A stretch of 64,000 bases of DNA from an uncultured Gammaproteobacteria bacterium (GCA_964572175.1 CAZNEH010000001.1:9788-73787); one strand, 5' to 3'; positions 26,242 through 36,777 are shown, counted from the first letter of the stretch. The notes: generated from the sequence alone by a model not told the origin. A program made the numbers and translations.

Positions 26242-26934
26242 ATGAAAATAAAACAAGATTTAAAAAAATTAGCTGATCCAAAAAGAGCGAAAAGCTCTCA
26301 AGGGTTTTTTAAGACTGGGCCAGGGGAATATGGAGAAGGTGACAAGTTTTGGGGAATTAGAGTTCCTCAACAAAGAGAAGTGGCTAAGAAGTATAAGGAT
26401 TTACCACTAAAGCAAGTAGAAAAATTATTACAAGATAAAGTGCATGAAGTTAGATTAACAGCCTTGTTTATTTTACGGCACCAGTTTAAGAATAACCCAG
26501 ATGAGGCTTATAAGGTTTACATGAAAAATGCTAAGTATTGTAATAACTGGGATTTAGTGGACTCATCTGCGCCGTATATTTCTGGGCCGTATTTATTAGA
26601 TAAAGATCGTAAGGTTTTGTATAAATTTGCTAAGTCGAAGAATTTATGGGAAAAGAGAATTGCCATTATTTCTACTTTTGCTTTTATTAGAGAAAATGAT
26701 TATAAGGATGCCTTGAAATTGGCAGAGATCTTATTAAAAGACGAGCATGATTTAATGCATAAGGCCATTGGATGGATGTTGCGGGAAGTGGGGAATCGAG
26801 ATTTAGCAGTTGAAGAAAAATTTTTGAAAAAACATTATCAAAAAATGCCGCGAACCATGTTGCGGTATGCCATTGAGAAGTTTTCCCCAGCTAAGCGTAA
26901 ATTTTACATGAAAAAGACCCTTGCTAAGAAGTAG
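26242..26934 (+). CDS. DNA alkylation repair protein (AlkD/AlkC-like HEAT-repeat glycosylase family)
   Basis: Overall similarity to the DNA_alkylation family (KRAKSSQGFFKTGPGEYGEGDKFWGIRVP...). TTGATT-N17-TATAAT promoter. Confidence 0.7.
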   Translation: MKIKQDLKKLADPKRAKSSQGFFKTGPGEYGEGDKFWGIRVPQQREVAKKYKDLPLKQVEKLLQDKVHEVRLTALFILRHQFKNNPDEAYKVYMKNAKYCNNWDLVDSSAPYISGPYLLDKDRKVLYKFAKSKNLWEKRIAIISTFAFIRENDYKDALKLAEILLKDEHDLMHKAIGWMLREVGNRDLAVEEKFLKKHYQKMPRTMLRYAIEKFSPAKRKFYMKKTLAKK

Positions 26935-26971
26935 GGACTCTGTTATACTTGGCTAAATTAAATGTAAAAAA

Positions 26972-27298
26972 ATGGAATTAGAAGTAAAAATTTTAGAAAA
27001 TGGGAGCGGGGAAAAAGAATCTAAGAATGGTGATCTATTAACAGTTCATTATACTGGAACTTTAAAGGATGGAACTAAATTTGATTCAAGTTTAGATCGT
27101 AAACAGCCGTTTTCTTTTAAAGTTGGTGAAGGTCAAGTTATCGAAGGATGGGACCAAGGATTATTAAGAATGAAGATAGGAGAAAAAAGAAAATTAACTA
27201 TTCCTTCAGAACTTGGTTATGGGCAATCCGGAGCTGGAGATGTGATTCCTCCGGGAGCAGTTTTAATTTTTGAAGTAGAGTTAATCTCTATTAACTAG
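26972..27298 (+). CDS. FKBP-type peptidyl-prolyl cis-trans isomerase
   Basis: GDLLTVHYTGTLKDGTKFDSS...GWDQGLLRMKIGEKRKLTIP..YG canonical FKBP fold motifs. Confidence 0.9.
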   Translation: MELEVKILENGSGEKESKNGDLLTVHYTGTLKDGTKFDSSLDRKQPFSFKVGEGQVIEGWDQGLLRMKIGEKRKLTIPSELGYGQSGAGDVIPPGAVLIFEVELISIN

Positions 27299-27843
27299 AA
27301 AAAAGATACGCCGTAAGTAATTAAAGTAATAAAAATAATATTACCCAGAATAAGAGGAATAATAATTAGACGAAAAGGAACTTTGATAGCGGCTAAAAAG
27401 GCAGTAACTACGTCATTAGGCAGGGGGGTAAAGGCAGAGTAGAAAAATAAAAATATAGGAACAGTCCAAAGATGTTTTTGATGGACCCACTTATCAATCG
27501 GGTCTATTTTTTTATCTAAATATTCAGGCAAGGCATGGCGGCCTTTTTTACCCAAAAAGAAAAAGATTATATCACCAGAGCCGATGCCCAAACCTCCAAG
27601 AATACCTAAGGCCAGGGGATTAAGGCCTCCAGCGCCTAAAGTGGCGATAGTGGCGTAAAAAAAGCTAGTGGTTAAGAGCGAGCTACCGCCGATTACTGCT
27701 GAGACAAAAGCTAGAATATATCCGTTTTGAACACCAATTAAGTTAACAAAGTTTTCCGGGCCATAATAAAAAACAAATAAGCTCCAGATAATTAAAGCTA
27801 TTAAAATTATAAAAAAGGCTAGATATTTTATATTTTTTTTCAT
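27295..27843 (-). CDS. integral membrane protein (possible DedA/TVP38-like)
   Basis: Four or five TM helices. Family assignment is weak. Confidence 0.5.
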   Translation of the reverse strand: MKKNIKYLAFFIILIALIIWSLFVFYYGPENFVNLIGVQNGYILAFVSAVIGGSSLLTTSFFYATIATLGAGGLNPLALGILGGLGIGSGDIIFFFLGKKGRHALPEYLDKKIDPIDKWVHQKHLWTVPIFLFFYSAFTPLPNDVVTAFLAAIKVPFRLIIIPLILGNIIFITLITYGVSFF

Positions 27844-27889
27844 TGTTATAAGTATAGCCTAATTCTTGAATAAAAAAAAGCAGCCCCCA

Positions 27890-28111
27890 CTAGTGGCAGA
27901 TCTCGGAGATCGTTTCGCCACAGCGAGGGCAGTAGAAGGGATAGATGCCAGACGGACGCCAGGCCTTGGTGACACTTCCACGAAGAGCAGTGATGCATTG
28001 GCGGCATCCACGAACCTTGACTTGAAGGACTTGCTTGTCATGGAGCTTGGTTCCGCAGCCGATGCAGAACTTGTTGTCGTTCTGAGAGCTGAATTGGCAG
28101 CATGGCTTCAT
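27890..28111 (-). CDS. GC-rich Cys-rich zinc-ribbon small protein (73 aa) in a solitary cassette
   Basis: Minus-strand TTGACT (28171..28166) - N16 - TAAACT. Ribosome-binding site GGGGGA, then ATG at 28111. MKPCCQFSSQNDNKFCIGCGTKLHDKQ...CRQC...CPRCGETISEICH has multiple CxxC pairs. Confidence 0.5.
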   Translation of the reverse strand: MKPCCQFSSQNDNKFCIGCGTKLHDKQVLQVKVRGCRQCITALRGSVTKAWRPSGIYPFYCPRCGETISEICH

Positions 28112-28242
28112 GAGTTCCCCCTGAAAGAGCTTGAGTTGTACCAAGTTTACTAGAAATAGAGATAAAGTCAAATTGTGGATAAGATTTTGGGGATATGGTA
28201 TACTAAAAGAGTATTAATTTAAAATAATTAACTTAAAAAATT

Positions 28243-30378
28243 ATGTGGAGGAAAGCATTGTTTTTAGGCGCTATTCTTAGCGTTGTTTTTGTATTTCCCT
28301 TTGCCATGCAAGCAGCGGTAAGCACATCTGTTGATTTGTATGGAGGGTATGTAGAAGACGTAGTAATTGGGCCTAGTGGGGAGTTTATGGTCTTAACTAT
28401 GTCTCCTAATGGAGCGTGGCTTAGCACAGATGGATCTTCTTATACAGGTCCAGACAGTTCGACTCATGATATGGGTAATTGTACAGCTGGAGGAGCAGAT
28501 GCAAATTATTTTTATGCTGATTGCGGAATCGAGCTTTGGCAAAGTGGTGACGGTCTTATTTGGACAGATACAGGTCTAAGTAATGTTGGGCAATATGTCT
28601 ATGTTGATGACAATAGAATTATTCAGGTAATGAGAGGTAGTGACGAATATATGACTTTGGCGATTTCTGAAGATCAAGGAGCAACCTGGACAGAAGCAAC
28701 TGTTACTGGAGTAGAAAATATAGTAGACATGTCTTTTGCTGGAGATGTTGGCTATATGGTGGCTACTTTAAGTAGTGAATATGAAATTTATAAGACTACT
28801 GACGGAGGAGCTACTTGGTCTGGAACTGGCTATACTATTAGCAGTGGAACAAATTTTAGTATTGCCACTAAAGCATCTGATGATAGCTATGTAGGTTTAA
28901 GAGTTGATGATAGCGGTTATCTTTCTACTGATGGAGGTAGTAGTTTTACTGATTTAGGATTATCTATGGCTGGAGAGATGCAGTTTGTAGGAGATACTTT
29001 ATGGTCTGGTTTAGATTCTACAGATGATGATGGAGCTACTTGGACCCAAAGAGACGGAGGAGATGTGGCTGTAGGTGTAAATGATGTGGCGATTAGCGGA
29101 AGCACAATTTTAGCAGGAACAGGCTTAGGAACAGCCATTTCTACAGATGATGGAACTACTTGGACTGAGGCAACCGATGGTATTGAGGCTTTGGAAGTTG
29201 AGCAAATTGCTCAAAAAACAGGAGATAGAGACAAGGTTATTTTAGCAATTTATGGAGGAGTAGCTAGAACAGAGAATTTTACAGATAGCAATCCAACTTG
29301 GGTCTTAGATACTGAAGTTGGTTCTTCCACAGCTGTATTTTATGGAACAGATATAGCCTTAGTCGGAGCTTCAGAAAATATTTATTATTCTACTGATGAT
29401 GGAGTTACCTGGACTTCTGCAGGGCCAGCCGGAGGAACAGTTACTGACTTTATTAGAAGCGACAGTGTTTATTATGCGGCTTATAATGGAGGGGTTCTTT
29501 CTAGCGCAGATGGAATTACTTGGACAGATTTTGGGTTAAATGGTTATGCAGTTAATGCCATAGCTAAGACTAGTAATGAAAGATTTTATGCTGTAATTGG
29601 AGGAGAGGCAAATACTACTGGAGCTAATTCAGGGATTTATAAATACAATGGTAGTAGCTGGAGTCAAGTATATAGCGGAGGTTTTTATACTGATATAGAA
29701 GTAGTTGATAATATCAAAGGAAGTAATGTGGTTTATGCTGTATCTGCAGTTTCTGGAGATAGTGAATTCGGAGAAGTAATTATGTCTACTGATTATGGAA
29801 CAAGCTGGGATGATATAACAGCTAATGGCTTGGCTACAGATGGATGGTTTCATCAAGTAGTGGCCCAAGGAAACAATAAAGATGTTTTATATGTTTCTAC
29901 AGCTCGACCAGCGGGAACAGGAACTATTTATAAAACTTTAGATGGTGGTGATACTTGGAGTTTATTTCTTACTGGTTTAAGAGATGAAACTTTCCAAGCT
30001 ATGTATTGGGATGATCTAATGGTTGGGTCTAACGCTGGATTAATGAATGTTAATTCTGAAGCAAAGATTGCAGTAACTAGAACTAAGAAAAAAGTTAAAT
30101 CTGGAAATAAGTCTAGATTAAAAGTAACTTTGACTGATAAAGACACTGGAGATGCTTTAGCTAATAAGCCAGTTAAGCTTTATAGAAGATATAAAACTAC
30201 TGGAACTTGGAAATTATTAAAAACAAAGAAAACTGGAGCTAAAGGAAAAACTAATTTTTACAGAAAGATAACTAAGAAGACTTACTTTAAAGTAAGTTGG
30301 AAACCAGTTAAGGCAGCGGTTAAGAGAGCTTATGGCTCTAGTGCTTATAAAAAGTTGACTAATGTGAAGATTAAATAA
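28243..30378 (+). CDS. secreted BNR/Asp-box repeat beta-propeller protein with Lys-rich FN3-like C-terminal domain
   Basis: Signal peptide. Repeated S/T-x-D-x-G-x-T-W motifs (TTDGGATWS, STDDGTTWT, STDDGVTWT, TLDGGDTWS). Basic C-terminal tail. Confidence 0.75.
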   Translation: MWRKALFLGAILSVVFVFPFAMQAAVSTSVDLYGGYVEDVVIGPSGEFMVLTMSPNGAWLSTDGSSYTGPDSSTHDMGNCTAGGADANYFYADCGIELWQSGDGLIWTDTGLSNVGQYVYVDDNRIIQVMRGSDEYMTLAISEDQGATWTEATVTGVENIVDMSFAGDVGYMVATLSSEYEIYKTTDGGATWSGTGYTISSGTNFSIATKASDDSYVGLRVDDSGYLSTDGGSSFTDLGLSMAGEMQFVGDTLWSGLDSTDDDGATWTQRDGGDVAVGVNDVAISGSTILAGTGLGTAISTDDGTTWTEATDGIEALEVEQIAQKTGDRDKVILAIYGGVARTENFTDSNPTWVLDTEVGSSTAVFYGTDIALVGASENIYYSTDDGVTWTSAGPAGGTVTDFIRSDSVYYAAYNGGVLSSADGITWTDFGLNGYAVNAIAKTSNERFYAVIGGEANTTGANSGIYKYNGSSWSQVYSGGFYTDIEVVDNIKGSNVVYAVSAVSGDSEFGEVIMSTDYGTSWDDITANGLATDGWFHQVVAQGNNKDVLYVSTARPAGTGTIYKTLDGGDTWSLFLTGLRDETFQAMYWDDLMVGSNAGLMNVNSEAKIAVTRTKKKVKSGNKSRLKVTLTDKDTGDALANKPVKLYRRYKTTGTWKLLKTKKTGAKGKTNFYRKITKKTYFKVSWKPVKAAVKRAYGSSAYKKLTNVKIK

Positions 30379-32302
30379 TCTTTTTCACAATATCTTCCGG
30401 AGTAAATCCGGCTAGCTGGAAAACATCATCTGGTTGGCCGGATTTTAAGTATGTGTTAATACCTAAGGTTCTTTTCTGGTAATTATTTGGAAGAATAAAT
30501 GGATTTAAGAAGTCTTTCCAGCCGTTATGAAGAGTGATTAAGGTTTTTCTTTCTTGGTCAGTAATGATTTTTGGTTTGTGTTCTAAGTAAAGCTCAGGAG
30601 AGGTGACGGCAATAATTTTAATGTTTTTCTTTTTTTCTATAGCTGGTAAAGCTTTTAAAAGATTATCCATCATTTTACCTCCGCAGACAGCAATTACTTG
30701 TTTAGGTTTATTATTTTTTTTGTAATTTTTAAGAATATAAGCTCCTTGAGTGGCAAGTTTAGCGTTGTGTTTGAAAACAGGAGTATCGACGCGGCTAAGA
30801 GATAGGATCACTGGCTCTTGTTTGGCGATAGCGTGAAACATCATGGTCACTAGATCATTAGCGTCTAAAGGTTTGTAAACTTTAATGCCTGGATAAGCTT
30901 GAAATAGAGACATCCAATACATTCCTTGGTGAGTAGGGCCGTCTTCACCTGTTTCAGGGCCGTCATGAGAGGCTAGGGCCACGAAAAAGCCTTTATTTTC
31001 AATTAAGCTCATGCGAATAGAGTTAGCCATCATGGGAGTAAAGACAGCAAAAGTGCCGAACACGCTCATTGGTTTAAAACCGCCTGGTAAAGTGTCTTGA
31101 GTTAGAGCAGAGGAGAACATGGCCATGTTTTGTTCGGCAATGCCAAATCTAATACCTCGGCCATATTTATTTTTTTTGTTGATTAGGCCGTAAACTTCTT
31201 CGGCGGCAGTAGTGTAAGTAGACTTAGCTACGTCTCCAGAACCAGTGTATAAAAATCCAGTTTGTTCCATTAACCATTTGAAAAATATTTTACTGGCTTT
31301 ACGAGTAGCAGTTGGCTCGGTAAAAATTAATTCTTTTGGTAATTTTTTAGGACGCTTAATGTCTTGAGGATTTACTAAGGGCTTATTTTTTAGTTTAATT
31401 TTTTGTTTTGGAAGTTTTTTATTAATTAAATTAATAAAGTAATCTGTATCGTCTGATGATGTTTTTAATTTTTTTATAATTTTTTTGTATTCTTTGGTGT
31501 CGATGGCTTTGCCATGAGAGTCAGCGGTGTTAGCTAGGCTGCCGTAATGCTTTCCTTTGATGGTGTGACATATAACAACGCAGGGGCCTTTTATTTTTAC
31601 AGCTTGTTTGTAAGCGTGGATAAGTTGGAGGATGTTATGGCCGTCGACTTCAATAACATTCCAGCCCAAGCCAAGCCAATGCTCGACATAATCAGAGCTA
31701 ATAACTTCGTTGATGTTTCCGTCAATGCCATAGTGATTATAATCTAAAGAAACAAATAAATTTTTTAAGTCTAAAGACTTGGCCAAGTTGCGAGCTTCGT
31801 AAGTGATTCCTTCTTCTGATTCAGCGTCGCCCATCATAACGAAAACTTTAGTATCAAGGCCGCAAGATTGATGAGTTGTGGCTAGGCCGCAAGCTCCGGC
31901 AAAACCATGGCCAGAAGAGCCAGTGGATAAATCTGATAAAGGGTATTGTGATTCAGCGTGTCCGGGTAATCCATCGACAGTGCGAAAACTTTTTAAATCA
32001 ATATTTTTATCCCATAAAGCCAGGGTGCTATATAAAAGAGGAGTGCAATGGCCGGCAGACCAAACTAAGCGGTCGCGGTTAGGGTTTTTAGGATCCTTAG
32101 GATCGAATTTAATAACACCGCTAGCTAGTAAGGCGATTAGTTGTTCGGTTTTAGATGAAGACCCGCCTGGATGGCCAGACTTAGCTGCTTCTACGGCCAT
32201 AAAAGAGTTTTGACGAATAAGCTTGGCAATGTTTTTTAGCTTATTAATGTCTATTCCCTTAATAGGCTTTAGTTTTTGTTTTTTGAGGTTAATATGTTTC
32301 AT
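30371..32302 (-). CDS. tkt: transketolase
   Basis: TPP-binding GHPGGSSS motif. Length and overall similarity. Confidence 0.85.
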   Translation of the reverse strand: MKHINLKKQKLKPIKGIDINKLKNIAKLIRQNSFMAVEAAKSGHPGGSSSKTEQLIALLASGVIKFDPKDPKNPNRDRLVWSAGHCTPLLYSTLALWDKNIDLKSFRTVDGLPGHAESQYPLSDLSTGSSGHGFAGACGLATTHQSCGLDTKVFVMMGDAESEEGITYEARNLAKSLDLKNLFVSLDYNHYGIDGNINEVISSDYVEHWLGLGWNVIEVDGHNILQLIHAYKQAVKIKGPCVVICHTIKGKHYGSLANTADSHGKAIDTKEYKKIIKKLKTSSDDTDYFINLINKKLPKQKIKLKNKPLVNPQDIKRPKKLPKELIFTEPTATRKASKIFFKWLMEQTGFLYTGSGDVAKSTYTTAAEEVYGLINKKNKYGRGIRFGIAEQNMAMFSSALTQDTLPGGFKPMSVFGTFAVFTPMMANSIRMSLIENKGFFVALASHDGPETGEDGPTHQGMYWMSLFQAYPGIKVYKPLDANDLVTMMFHAIAKQEPVILSLSRVDTPVFKHNAKLATQGAYILKNYKKNNKPKQVIAVCGGKMMDNLLKALPAIEKKKNIKIIAVTSPELYLEHKPKIITDQERKTLITLHNGWKDFLNPFILPNNYQKRTLGINTYLKSGQPDDVFQLAGFTPEDIVKKII

Positions 32303-32347
32303 AGTTTTATTATAGCATAAGTAATCATTTTATGTTATAATATTTTT

Positions 32348-33247
32348 ATGTGGATTATTATTGTTATCATTGCGCATTTTTTAAATGCCATTAACTATGT
32401 TATAGACAAGCTTTTGTTAAATAAGTTTGTCCGCAGTCCGATTGTGTATGCTTTTATGATCGGAGTGCTGGGAATGTTAGCTATGGGGGCTTTGCCTTGG
32501 GCTTGGTACTTGCCGACTTTAAGTCAGTTTATCGTTGATGCTTTAGCTGGGGTGGCTTTGATTTTGGCCTTGTTGTTTTTCTTTAAATCTTTACAAATCG
32601 GAGAGACTTCTAGAGTAGTGCCTTTGATTGGTGGGCTTATTCCTGTTTTTACTTTTATATTGTCTTATATATTTTTAGCTGAAAGACTAGCTACTAAAGA
32701 ATTAATTGCTTTTGGATTATTATTAGTCGGGAGTATTTTAATTAGCTTAATGGAAGGTGGTAGTAAGAAAAAACGTGAGATGATTCGACTAGGTTATATT
32801 TATGGAGTGGCTGCGGCGTTGTTATTTGCGGCTTCTTTTGTGCTAACAAAATATGCTTATATAGAACAAGAGTTTTTAAGCGCCTTTATTTGGATTAGAG
32901 TAGGGTCGTTTATGGTGGTGCTGGCTTTTTTAGTGTCTAAGAAGAAAAGAAAAATGATTTTAAGCAGTTTTAAGGGGGTAAGTAATAAAGTGCGTTTAGT
33001 TTTTGTTGGTAATCAGGCTATCGGAGCGGCAGCTTATGTGTTGCTGAATTATGCTATTTCTTTGGCTAGTGTGTCGTTGATTAATGCTTTACAAGGAATT
33101 CAGTATGTTTTCTTAGTAGTGGCCATGGCTATTTTAGTAAAAGTTTTTCCAAAATATTTCAAAGAAAAAATAACTGCCGGAATTGTGATTCAGAAAGTAA
33201 TCGCTATAATATTAATTGGCGGTGGTTTATTTTTCTTAGCTTATTAA
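32348..33247 (+). CDS. DMT/EamA-like 10-TM transporter
   Basis: Ten hydrophobic helices arranged as two 5-TM repeats. Confidence 0.55.
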   Translation: MWIIIVIIAHFLNAINYVIDKLLLNKFVRSPIVYAFMIGVLGMLAMGALPWAWYLPTLSQFIVDALAGVALILALLFFFKSLQIGETSRVVPLIGGLIPVFTFILSYIFLAERLATKELIAFGLLLVGSILISLMEGGSKKKREMIRLGYIYGVAAALLFAASFVLTKYAYIEQEFLSAFIWIRVGSFMVVLAFLVSKKKRKMILSSFKGVSNKVRLVFVGNQAIGAAAYVLLNYAISLASVSLINALQGIQYVFLVVAMAILVKVFPKYFKEKITAGIVIQKVIAIILIGGGLFFLAY

Positions 33248-33250
33248 AAT

Positions 33251-34264
33251 ATGAAACATCATTTTAAAGTTCGGAGGAGATTTTTGTTGATAGTTATGGT
33301 TTCTTTTTGTTCTATAATTATTTTAGGCTGTTTTTTCTTAACTGGTTTTAAATTAGAAGAAAAAGACAATGAGCCGATTTACGGAGCTAATTTAAGTCGG
33401 ATTCAAGCTCAAGAGTATGGTTTAGATTATGGAGAGCTTTATTTAGCAGTGCTAGATGATTTAAAGGTTAAGAAGTTAAGATTGCCAAGCTATTGGTCTC
33501 AGATCGCGGCTACAGAAGGAGAGTATCATTGGGGAGATTTGGACTGGGAACTGCAAGAAGCAAGTAAGCGAGGAGTGGAAGTAATTTTAGTAGTTGGTAA
33601 ACGTCAGCCGCGGTGGCCAGAGTGTCATCTTCCAGGGTGGGCAGAAGAATTAAGTGAAGAAGAATTAAATAGCGAGACTTTAAAATTTGTTGAGGCAACT
33701 GTAGAAAGATATAAATATCATGATGCCATTAAAATTTGGCAAGTAGAAAATGAGCCATTGTTAAACATATTTGGAGAATGTCCCTATCGAGGAACCACGG
33801 AAGTTTTAGAAGAAGAAGTAGAATTGGTTAAGCGCTTAGATCCAAGTCGGCCAGTGCTGGTGACGGAGAGTGGGGAGCTTAGTAGTTGGCAAAGATCAAC
33901 TAAACATAGTGATATTTTAGGAATTAGTGTTTATCGATTGGTTTGGAATAAATATTTAGGATTTTTACGTTGGCCGATTACTCCTGGGCATTACGGCAGA
34001 AAATACGATTTAGTGAGTTGGAAGTCTGATGATTTTATTGTTACAGAGTTGCAAACAGAGCCTTGGGCGCCGGAAAGCGTGTTAAATTTAAGTATATATG
34101 ATCAATTAGGGCAGATTGATGCTCAAGAATTATCAGAAAGGGCTGAGTTTACCAGATTAACTGGAGCTAGTGAGATATATTTTTGGGGAATAGAATGGTT
34201 TTATTGGTTAAAGACAACCCATGATAATGATTCTTTATGGGAAGAAGCTAGACAATATTTTTAA
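33251..34264 (+). CDS. glycoside hydrolase, clan GH-A TIM-barrel-like (GH5/GH113-like), membrane-anchored
   Basis: N-terminal TM. IWQVENEPL contains the GH-A NEP acid/base motif. Confidence 0.4.
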   Translation: MKHHFKVRRRFLLIVMVSFCSIIILGCFFLTGFKLEEKDNEPIYGANLSRIQAQEYGLDYGELYLAVLDDLKVKKLRLPSYWSQIAATEGEYHWGDLDWELQEASKRGVEVILVVGKRQPRWPECHLPGWAEELSEEELNSETLKFVEATVERYKYHDAIKIWQVENEPLLNIFGECPYRGTTEVLEEEVELVKRLDPSRPVLVTESGELSSWQRSTKHSDILGISVYRLVWNKYLGFLRWPITPGHYGRKYDLVSWKSDDFIVTELQTEPWAPESVLNLSIYDQLGQIDAQELSERAEFTRLTGASEIYFWGIEWFYWLKTTHDNDSLWEEARQYF

Positions 34265-34287
34265 ATTCTTGTATAATTGCTTAAAAT

Positions 34288-36777
34288 ATGGATGAAGGAA
34301 TGTTATTTTTTGGCCTAGTTTTAGTGGCTTTTACTTGCTACGCTGGGTTTAAGTTTAAATCTCGAGCCATGCGTTATATTGGCTTGTTTTTTAGTATTGT
34401 TATCGCTTTATTTTTTCTTTTGAATAATATTGCCTTTGCTCAAACTGATTTTGATTTAAGTGAATTAAATCAGTTTACAGGAGAGGATTTAGCTGATTTT
34501 GCAGGAAAAAGCGTTAGTTATGCTGGGGACGTAGATGGTGATGGATATAATGATTTTATAGTTGGGGCTGATCAGAATGATGATGGCGGAAATCAAGCCG
34601 GAGCAGCTTATTTAATTTATGGGCAGTCTGAAGAATATTCTTCATTAACTGATTTATCAACGGTAGCTAAATTTATTGGAGAAGCAGGTGGTGATTATGC
34701 TGGAAAAAGCGTTAGTTATGCTGGGGACGTAGATGGTGATGGATATGATGATTTTTTAATTGGAGCTTATTTAAATGATGATGCCGGAAGTCAGGCCGGA
34801 GCAGCTTACTTAATTTATGGGCAAAGCGATAAGTATACAGGAGATATTGATTTGTCTACTAAGGCACAATTTACCGGAGAGGCAATTGATGATTATGCGG
34901 GGGTAAATGTATCCTCGGCTGGTGATGTAGATGGTGATGGATATGATGACTTTTTAGTTGGGTCTAGTAGAAATGGAGATGGAGCAAGTAAAGCTGGTGC
35001 AGCTTATTTAATTTATGGACAAAGCGCTGATTATACTGGAACAATTAGCTTGTCTACTAGGGCACAATTTACTGGAGAGGCAATTGATGATTATGCTAGT
35101 AAGGTTTCAGCAGCTGGAGACGTAGACAATGATGGGTATGATGATTTTTTAGTTGGATCTAAAGATAATGATGACGGAGGAAGCGGTGCTGGTGCAGCTT
35201 ATTTAATTTATGGACAAAGCGCTGATTATACTGGAACAATTAGCTTGTCTACTAGGGCACAATTTACCGGAGAGGCAGCTGGTGATTCTTCGGGAGTATC
35301 TGTTGCTGCGGCCGGTGATGTTGATAATGACGGATACGATGATATTTTAATTGGAGCATTTTTAAATGACGATGGTGGAAGTCAAGCTGGAGCAGTTTAT
35401 TTAATATATGGCCAAAGCGCCGATTATACTGGAACGTCTAACTTGTCTACTAAAGCACAATTTACCGGAGAGGCAGCTGGTGATGACGCAGGGGTAAGTG
35501 TAGCTTCGGCTGGAGATGTTGATAATGATGGGTACGATGATTTTTTAGTAGGAGCTTATTTAAATGATGCTGGTGGAGATATTGCCGGAGCAGCTTATTT
35601 AATTTATGGGCAAAGCGCGGATTATACAGGAACAGCTAGTTTGTCTACTAAGGATAAGTTTATTGGAGAAGAATCATTGGATTATGCAGGAATAAGCGTA
35701 TCGACAGCTGGTGATATTAATAATGATGGTTATAGTGATATTTTAATAGGGGCTTATCAAAATAGTGAGGGTGGAAGTCTGGCTGGAGCAGCTTATGTGG
35801 GTTATTTGCATATTGATTTAGATGGAGACGGGGTAACAGCTACTACTAGCTTAATTGCCGGAACTGATTGTAATGATAATGACGCAGCAATTTCTGCTAA
35901 TCAAACTTATTATCAGGATTCAGATGGCGATGGTTATGGCTCAGACACTACTACTTCGGTTTGTTCTTTAACAGCGCCGACAGGCTATGTGGCTAACTCA
36001 GATGATGCTAATGACAATGATTATGATAATGATGGCTCAGAAACCGGAACTGATTGCGATGATACTGATGATACTATTAGTGAGAATCAAACTTATTATC
36101 TAGATTCAGATGGAAATGGGTATGGTGATCCAGCAGAGACCACAGAGGTTTGTTCTTATACTGTGCCAGATGGTTATGCGTCTGAGGCTCGACTAGATGT
36201 GCCAGAAAATTTAGTTAATACAGACAGAGGAATTTATAAGGCTACTTTAGGTTGGGATGAAGTTAGTGATGTAGAAAGTTATAATATTAGATATAGAAAG
36301 TCTTCTGAATCAAGCTATACGACTACTACTAGTTCTATAAATAGTGTGGAGTTGGAAGATTTAGAAAATGCGGGAAAATATTATTGGCAAGTACAGGGGG
36401 TATCTGGTAGTTATACTTCAGAATGGACAGATGGAAAAAGATTAGTAACTTATCCAAGAAAGATAACTAAGTCTGAATTTACTTTTCCTAAGTCTGATAG
36501 AAAAGCAAAGAAGCTTAGAATAAAAATAGAGACTATGGCTAAAAGAGTGACTGGTTTTAATATTTTAGTTTATAAAAAGAAGAGTGGAAAGTGGAGTAAA
36601 ATAGAAACAGTTAAAAGATCTAATGATAGTTCTAAGAATTATGTTTATAAATATATTACTGGGTTAAAGCCAGATACTAAATATAAGTTTGAAGTAAAAG
36701 CTAGGAGAACTATTGGTTCAACTAAATACTTAAGTCAGAACGTAGCCACCAGATATATTACGACTAAATCGCTATGA
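34288..36777 (+). CDS. secreted FG-GAP (integrin-alpha-like) repeat beta-propeller protein with MopE-like Cys repeats and Lys-rich FN3-like C-terminal domain
   Basis: Seven or more repeats of AGDVDGDGYDDFL(I/V)GA...AGAAYLIYGQS. CNDND/CDDTD Cys motifs. Basic C-terminus. Confidence 0.8.
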   Translation: MDEGMLFFGLVLVAFTCYAGFKFKSRAMRYIGLFFSIVIALFFLLNNIAFAQTDFDLSELNQFTGEDLADFAGKSVSYAGDVDGDGYNDFIVGADQNDDGGNQAGAAYLIYGQSEEYSSLTDLSTVAKFIGEAGGDYAGKSVSYAGDVDGDGYDDFLIGAYLNDDAGSQAGAAYLIYGQSDKYTGDIDLSTKAQFTGEAIDDYAGVNVSSAGDVDGDGYDDFLVGSSRNGDGASKAGAAYLIYGQSADYTGTISLSTRAQFTGEAIDDYASKVSAAGDVDNDGYDDFLVGSKDNDDGGSGAGAAYLIYGQSADYTGTISLSTRAQFTGEAAGDSSGVSVAAAGDVDNDGYDDILIGAFLNDDGGSQAGAVYLIYGQSADYTGTSNLSTKAQFTGEAAGDDAGVSVASAGDVDNDGYDDFLVGAYLNDAGGDIAGAAYLIYGQSADYTGTASLSTKDKFIGEESLDYAGISVSTAGDINNDGYSDILIGAYQNSEGGSLAGAAYVGYLHIDLDGDGVTATTSLIAGTDCNDNDAAISANQTYYQDSDGDGYGSDTTTSVCSLTAPTGYVANSDDANDNDYDNDGSETGTDCDDTDDTISENQTYYLDSDGNGYGDPAETTEVCSYTVPDGYASEARLDVPENLVNTDRGIYKATLGWDEVSDVESYNIRYRKSSESSYTTTTSSINSVELEDLENAGKYYWQVQGVSGSYTSEWTDGKRLVTYPRKITKSEFTFPKSDRKAKKLRIKIETMAKRVTGFNILVYKKKSGKWSKIETVKRSNDSSKNYVYKYITGLKPDTKYKFEVKARRTIGSTKYLSQNVATRYITTKSL

